A DNA stretch of 64,000 nucleotides, taken from NCBI GenBank assembly GCA_002633005.1, contig NMRA01000585.1, positions 157,263 to 221,262 on the forward strand, read 5' to 3'. This DNA comes from Phoronis australis. Lineage: Eukaryota > Animalia > Phoronida. The notes under the pieces are model-generated. The model was not told the origin of the DNA. It searched no databases and saw nothing but the letters and a program-made list of their open reading frames with translations. This document shows positions 57,046 to 64,000 of the stretch, piece after piece. The first letter of the stretch is position 1. Every line of letters begins with the position of its first letter. The position numbers and the translations under genes are program-made.

Positions 57046-59185
57046 GTCGCCACTAATTTTTAGTCATCCCTCCCCGATCCTCACCAATTTTTCTTCTAGT
57101 AGTTTGTGGCCACCGTCGAAGCACCCCCCATTAGTTCGAGTAAAAATTATGCTTGCTTATGTGTCGATTGAGAAAATCTCGTATGGATACTAAACCCTGT
57201 TTTGGGCATTCAAGCTGAACCTTTCACCTGGAGATGTACAGTTTGTACTTCTCCGATGAGATCAAATGTTCCAGTCGTTCCTAGCAGAGACCAGAAGGCT
57301 CCGATCTATTCTGGCTTATGACTGATAAAAATGTCTCATAGTAATGAAGACTAGCTGGCTTTCCCAACAAGTGCACAGATTCGTTAACTCCATGCGATAT
57401 TTTCTACTCCTAAGTGAACGGTAACGGTAGCACCTTTAAAAAGTTCACACAGCATTTTCATAGTTTTTGAGGTTTTAATTTGCTAATATGAATTGAATAC
57501 CATAAAATCTAAATAAATAAACACTTTTTATGCCAAATAGTCGCGAACTTTTTAATTTTGAAGAAAAATTAGTTATTTCCAAGTTTACCGCCAAATGATG
57601 TAAAGTGTGGAAGACGTTTAGTCACTTGACAATCAAGTGCAATAGCGGAACGAAGCAAAAGGCGAGGACGATTTTGAGCGAAAACTGGGCGCAGACAGAA
57701 AGGAGAGTGGATACGGGAATCACACTACTCAAGTACTTGAAGAATCAGACAATGAATTTCTTTCCCACTTAGCGAGCTTTTTGGCCATATGAACTCGACA
57801 CACTTGCAAGAGGAATGATGCAGACATATGAGCCACAACCAACTGAACAAAATTGTGGTCAATATTCACAAAATAGACACTTAAAAATCACTGACAAGGG
57901 CTACAGTAAACCTGAATCACTCGATCGTATTCACTTTTGTCATGATGAAATGAGCACGATCCACTGGGCCAGTAGCCAGCATTGCACGGGGGGAGGGGGC
58001 GGGGTTCGAGTTTCTAGAACGGTGGACCTTTGATATTTTGCAAAGGTCGACACTGTAGAGTTTTCAGTAAGGCCCTTGACGGAGCTTAATTAAGGGAAAG
58101 GGAGATCTGTATACGCAACGATGACTCTCAGTTCTGAGATGAGACAGAATTTGTAATAAATGAGGATAACGTGACGTTTGCTTGCAATGAACAGGACTCA
58201 CATTCTGATGCAATGTGGTCCAGGAAGAGAACATTCTCGTGTTACTTACTACCAAATTTTCAAATCAGGCGCCAGAAATATTTAGTTAGCCTTTGACGCA
58301 ATTTTTTATCTGGTTGTATTTTTGCGCATTACTGAAGTTTCTTACATCGCTGAAAACAGGAACAGCCCCACTATTTCGAAGGCTCACACTACTCTGAAGG
58401 TTCACTATTCCGAAGCATGCGCACATCCAGGGCCGGGGGGGGGGGGGNGGGGGGGGGGGGGGGGGGGCTCGGGAGCTTGAACAAGCCTCCCCCATTCGGC
58501 GAAGTGAGCAAAAAGGTCCGCCTGAGAAAAACGAAAACTCTGCAACAAGCAGAAAACGAGACAAAAGTCCAATTTACCGTGCTATGCTAGCAAGCCGAAT
58601 ATACCAGAATAGCAGATAACAAACCTATTTCCTTCTGTTTTGTTTCTTGGTCGATTTTAAGGCATTCACACCACACTACATTTTGGGAGCTCTCTCGCTG
58701 CTATATCCACGGACACGATCAAAATAAGGACGCTTTCCGGATGCTGTCAGATGCCACAACGTACTAAACAGGCCTGTCAAGTTACTGAGCCTTTGGAAAC
58801 GGCGGCCCCTGTTACACTTCAACGTTCCTTTCTAAACAAATTACACTTTTTGAAATACATCTCTGATAGTGCCCAGCAAACAGTAAAATCTTAAAAGATA
58901 AGACCTAGATAAGACACTTCTTGTACCGTTCGTGCCGGTAAAACTGACGTCGTCAGCTGAGAATTTAGAAGTGGCACCTTTTGATGGCCCTGTGGTGTGC
59001 CCGGATTGTGACATGGGGTCGGAATTTCTGGTAAAAGTCGATGAATAGCAAACCGGAATTGAGGAGTATTTAATCTACGATTGATGTCCGCTTTTTCCTA
59101 CTTTTGTACTACAACTGCTTCACAATTTCTACTTAACTTTTTGTTAACAATGTGTCACCGCCGTTCTTATAACTTGCTCAGTTAA

Positions 59186-59334
59186 AAGGGAACTGTATTT
59201 TATTCTGAATAAATTCTAGATAGTTTTCTATGAATTGTTGATCAATTTCACAAATAATTCAACANGGCAAATGTGACTTTTATTTGTATGTTAGAACCGA
59301 TTAACTGCAACATTATTTTGACTACAGTCCCCTT
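59186..59334. mobile_element. Kolobok-like termini flanking an assembly N
   Basis: TTAA|aagggaactgta ... tacagtcccctt|TTAA with N at 59265. Confidence 0.55.
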
Positions 59335-60451
59335 TTAAAGCAGCCTGAAAACTGCTAAGTTCATCATTTGTTTAGTATGAAAATCAAAACAGGCCAGATA
59401 TTCGTTATTTAAAATAGTTTTATATTCTATCATTAGGTGACGGTGTGGCTTTTGAAAAACTCATTAGAGTGCTATTTTCTTCTCTAATTTGTTTAATATG
59501 ACCAGAAATGTTAAATGTGTCTGAGACAATATTTTTATCAATCATGACGCTGTGTACACGAACTCCAAATTTCGTCAATTTCACCAAATTCATTCATGGC
59601 AAATTACACTAAAATATACAACTTTAAATGCGGGAACTTTTAATGTGTGAAAAGTACTGCTATGAGTGAAGTGGAAAACGTTAAAATAAAATTGGCAGGT
59701 GAAAGAACTCAAGAAAACCAGTTTTAAAAGCTGTCCTGCAACTCAAGGCCTATTGTCTAAAGGCGCAAAATCGCAAGTTGATGCACCTGTTATTCTTTCA
59801 TTCATCAAATATCCGCCGACATTTCCCTACATCAACTTTTCAAACACACTCAGTTTCAAAACCAAGCGACAAATTCCCCGGACACTAAGTCAATACATTT
59901 CGTGTTCTGTTCGCTTTTCTAGCTCCTCCGAACATGACCTTTTCATTCGTTTGACTTCTGAATCGCGTTTACATCCCTTCGTGTTTTCGGGATATTCAAT
60001 GCTTATTTCTTTACAACCAGTTCACCGGTTTCCAAAATTGTTGTGTTAATCAGTCACCAAAGCCAAGAAGAGCAATCACATGTCTGGATTTTTCAATTAT
60101 TTTTTGCTATTCATCGACCGCTAAAGTGGATCTTATTGAAATTTGGTAGGTGTGTTCGTATGCGGCTGACGACAGATGACGACTAGTTTCGGACTGATCC
60201 GAGTACCGCTGTGCCCCCTAGTGGAAATTTTATTTTTTTACGTTTGTCTCTGTATCTTCGAAGTTCCTTGATGAATTTTCGTGAAATTCGGCAAATAGGT
60301 TTTTAATAAGGATGTAATGATGCCATTCCATTTTCGGACGGACTCGACGGATTTTACACCACCTTGTGGCCATTTTTGTTATGTTTGCTTCCATTTTCTG
60401 TCGTCGTTTCTCTATATGCCATACCGCTCAAAGGATCATTATGAAAATTTA

Positions 60452-63400
60452 CACCCCGGCCAACCCGCGACCGAGAACGCCCGGAAGGCAATCGAGAACG
60501 AGACCTTGCACTAAAAATGGAAGACGATAGTCACGTACCCGGTGAGTTTAAGTGTCATTTTCTGCTTAAATAGAGGCCACTTTGGTACGAATGTTGCACA
60601 CAGAAAAGCTTCAGAGTGGAACCTTTGTTGTGGATCTGAAATAACACTTGGCTTTTGCTTATTTTTTTAAATAAAGAGCTCAGAAAGCAATGGCTTTCGG
60701 TAAAATGCCTTGCGCCTCGTAAAATCGACAATTTCTACTTAAAAAGAGACGTGTGACGTTTATAGTTTAATCGTCCCTGGTCACACCTTTGTTAGTTATG
60801 ATTTGTGAAACAATTTGAGATATTTACCAATACAAGCAGGTCCTTGTGTGAGACGGCGATCGGGAACGATGTCGTTAATTCTCTATGGCGATCGTGAACG
60901 CAAAAAAAGCGATCGTGAACGTACATTTTTTTTCTCTGCAGGCCGATTCACTGTCATATCTGTGATCAACGTTTCATGGAAAGAGTAAGCCTGATGCGAC
61001 ACTGCGTCACAGCACGGATCTTTAACAGAACCAGTACATTTTTGTAGTCAAGTTAAGGTAGATTTAAATGGCCATACTAAGTGTCATTGGGCAATACTTA
61101 CATACAAGTGTTCTGACCAATGAGTAATTTAAATGAAAATTTATGTCTATGATTATTGTAGAAATTGCTTTCATATTGTTGTTGATTTCCTGTGAGAGAC
61201 TGTTATACTACCAATCAATCCTAAATACATTGTCTATGATTCAGTGATGATTGGTTCGAGTTAATCCTTTATTAATCCCGACCGTACGTTCACAAGCCTA
61301 CTCAAACAAAACGTCCGACGTAATGTCTGTTTATGCTCCAGCCAGTGCTGCGAAGCCTTGATTTGTGTTGAACTTCTGAGATACTTCCAGCAACTGTTAC
61401 ACTCGATTCAATAACCTGATGTCTCTATAGCTGGCTCTCTATTGACTATCGCTGTAACTGCTGATTCTCTTCACTGCAACTCAACTGTAGTTCTCCTGAT
61501 AAACTTTCTTGAACTCACCGATTAACTGACTTGATCTTCTCTTGAACTGACGTGATCTAACTAACACAAACCCGTGCTTGTGTATTTATAGCCTAATGCA
61601 TTGTTCTGGAACTTTTCATCAATTCAAGCACATTCTAGAACTTTCCTGAATCTAACCAACTATTCTACAAACATATACTAGTCTCTAGAATATTCCAGAC
61701 TGCATTAATCACTGTCATGCTAGAGTCTTCTAGAAAGTTCCACACTATACTGTAGTAAACAAATTACATCATCACTGTTCTGACCTCAGTCTTCTAGAAA
61801 GTTCCACACTATTTTGTAGTAAACAAATTACATCATCACTGTACTTAACTCAGGGGTCATGCCAATGAAACAGAATAACAAAACAAAACAAAACAATACA
61901 ACTAAAAATACTGTCAGACAATATTCTGACAACATTCCAAAAGTAATTCGTTGGAAATGTTCAATGGATTTGTTTTGTTGATTTCCCTATAAATAAATTT
62001 ATATATTTTTGTAAGACCAATTTTAAGGTACGTGTGATAAAAGATTAATATTATAATAGAAATGCTATAATATTGTTGATTTCCTGTATAAATCACCACA
62101 GTATGTAGTTGAAGTGACGTTAATTACAACATGTTGACTACGTTTTGAGAAAATCACAATATAGTATGTGTATTATAACTCAATTTTTTCAATGTCACAT
62201 TAAACTCGAGATCATGACTGAACTGATGATGCAGGTGAACTTAGGACCAATACTGCAAAACAGAAGAGTCAAACGCAACGTACATTCAAGCCACACGGTG
62301 CCACAAGTCAATCTGTTCATCTCTGTATCGATGTTATCAGTAAAACATCAGGCAAAATCCCACCCGTTTTATCAGCACACCAGTTTACACAACTTCTGGC
62401 CAATTTTTGATCCCAGACGTTTATGAGTGGGAATCTTTGAATCATCTCGTGAAGTGTTGCCGCACTCCCCTCTCTCCCCATGGGCGAGCTCATCACCATT
62501 CTTTGACTTCACTGGCTATTTTTTTCCTTTTGCTGTCACAATTTTACAAGAAGATTCTACACTCGCTTTCATCGCGGTGCTGCAACAATTTGTTTACCCC
62601 TGGCTGACAGGCCACATGGAACAATTCCTGGGTGAGCCTTCAGTTTAGAAACCCTTATTCTCAGTGGTTTGGACTAAAAGTAGATGCCTGGCCTACACTT
62701 TTCAAAACCCTGGTCGGGTGTACCTTCACGTCGTGGGTAACATGTTCATTGAAGCTCGCCTCACATTAACAGTGAACTTGTTTCCTGAAATGAGATTAAA
62801 TTCGTTTGTGAAACTAAAATTATGCTTGAAGTACATGTAGTGCTCATGGCAATTTAATGGAAATATGCTATGTTGTTGTTCAGTTTTGATACGAAAATAA
62901 CACAGTAACGACACACAGTGTGATTAATTCATTGCACCACACTTATTTTGTAACCTTTTCACGTTTTATAAGTAAAAAGTTCATTACTTGTGGACACACC
63001 ACAATGCGTTCTCGATCGCATAAACAAACACAAATTTGCGTTCCCGATCGCATAAACAAACACAAATTTGCGTTCCCGATCGCTTATCGTTGCGTTCTCG
63101 ATCGCATCTTTCGAGAGAAAAGCGTCGAAAAATCAGAGATCCTGACAAAACTACAAAAAACAAGCGTTGCGTTATATTTTCACATGTCATTTCTTCATAA
63201 CTCCATGGTCAATTTATTGATTAGTGCCAAAAATAACGGCAATTTGCCAAAATGACATACAAATCACCTTTGGCTTAAGCGATGCCTCGGTCAACGTAAC
63301 TTTTCTCCAGTAATTGGGAGAGACACTAGCCTAAACCTCTATCTACCCTTCCTAAATGTGTCATGTCTCTGTTTTCACATTGGAAATAAAAACAACGAAT

Positions 63401-63499
63401 ATTCATCAAATTTACTCACCTTGCCTGGCTTCGCTTCTCGCGCTAAATTTCGTTCTCGATCGCTTTCCGGTCATTCTCGATCGCGGATTGGCCGGGGTG
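60452..63499. mobile_element. About 3-kb non-autonomous DNA transposon, CAC termini, 6-bp TSD
   Basis: About 50-bp TIRs caccccggccaa(c/t)ccgcga..., TSD AATTTA (60446-60451, 63500-63505), subterminal gcgatcg.gaacg repeats; splits a copy of the 450-bp repeat. Confidence 0.85.
61201..61880 (-). mobile_element. Solo LTR (Gypsy/BEL-like)
   Basis: TGTTAT...ATAACA termini, flanks agac/aaac, minus-strand TATAAATA (about 61583-61590) and AATAAA (about 61268-61273), internal 64-bp duplication. Confidence 0.7.
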
Positions 63500-64000
63500 A
63501 ATTTAGAGATGTGTTCCTGATGAAAAGGTCACGATTAACGTTGACTTTCGGACAAGTCCGACTACCGTGTCGCCCCTTAGTGGCGTTTTTGGCGTCTGAG
63601 GCTGAATCCTCCGTAATCCTTTGAAGGAGCTCTGTGGAATTTGAAAGATGCATTTTTTCTATGGAGCCGACGACAAACGATAATAAGTGTCGAACTCATC
63701 CAAATACCACTGTGCCCCTTAGTGGCAATTTTTTAACGTTTACCTCTGTAGCTCTGGAGTTCATTAAAGTATATTCATGAAATTAAGGGAACAGGTTGCT
63801 ATTAAGGAGACGACAACGCCTTTTCCTTTTTCCTACAGATTTGATGTTTTCTGCGCCAACTGGTGGCCATTTAAAATTATGCTTTTGATGCTGCCTCTCT
63901 ATCTGCCAAACTACTCGAAGGATCATTATGAAAATTGACGGTTGTGTTCCTGATGCGACGTTGATATTTCGGACGTTTTCGATTATTCTGGTGCCTCCTA

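Noticed and set aside
58432-58470. Poly-G tract as a G-quadruplex element
   Set aside because: Contains an N, so its length is unreliable; probably part of a MITE end
62100-62700. Overlapping short ORFs inside the 3-kb transposon
   Set aside because: No recognisable domain or splice structure; a translated search would be needed

Overview
Eukaryotic (invertebrate animal, AT-rich, repeat-rich) genomic DNA. Almost all ORFs in the supplied track are spurious. One multi-exon protein-coding gene is on the + strand: a PICALM/SNAP91 (AP180/CALM; fly lap, worm unc-11) clathrin assembly protein. It runs from its second coding exon (17156) to the stop codon (48606). Exon 1 was not found and probably lies upstream of the window. 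The ANTH-domain exons are unambiguous. The disordered tail is encoded by about 17 consecutive frame-preserving (phase 1-1, 3n-length) exons of 24-198 nt carrying clathrin-box, DLL and DLF motifs. Around them are a microexon, RBFOX-type TGCATG sites, a GC donor, a duplicated 'poison' acceptor and an exon pair whose junction makes a TGA stop. Together these suggest combinatorial splicing, but this needs RNA evidence. The rest is transposon-derived or repetitive: a Kolobok deletion derivative (KolX/P2X7-ballast-like and THAP remnants), THAP-bearing MITEs, hAT and Tc1/pogo MITEs, foldback arrays, a tRNA-derived SINE head, minisatellites, and a 3-kb CAC-ended element with a 6-bp TSD containing a solo LTR. 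Coordinates were read by eye; repeat boundaries are approximate. No database search was possible.
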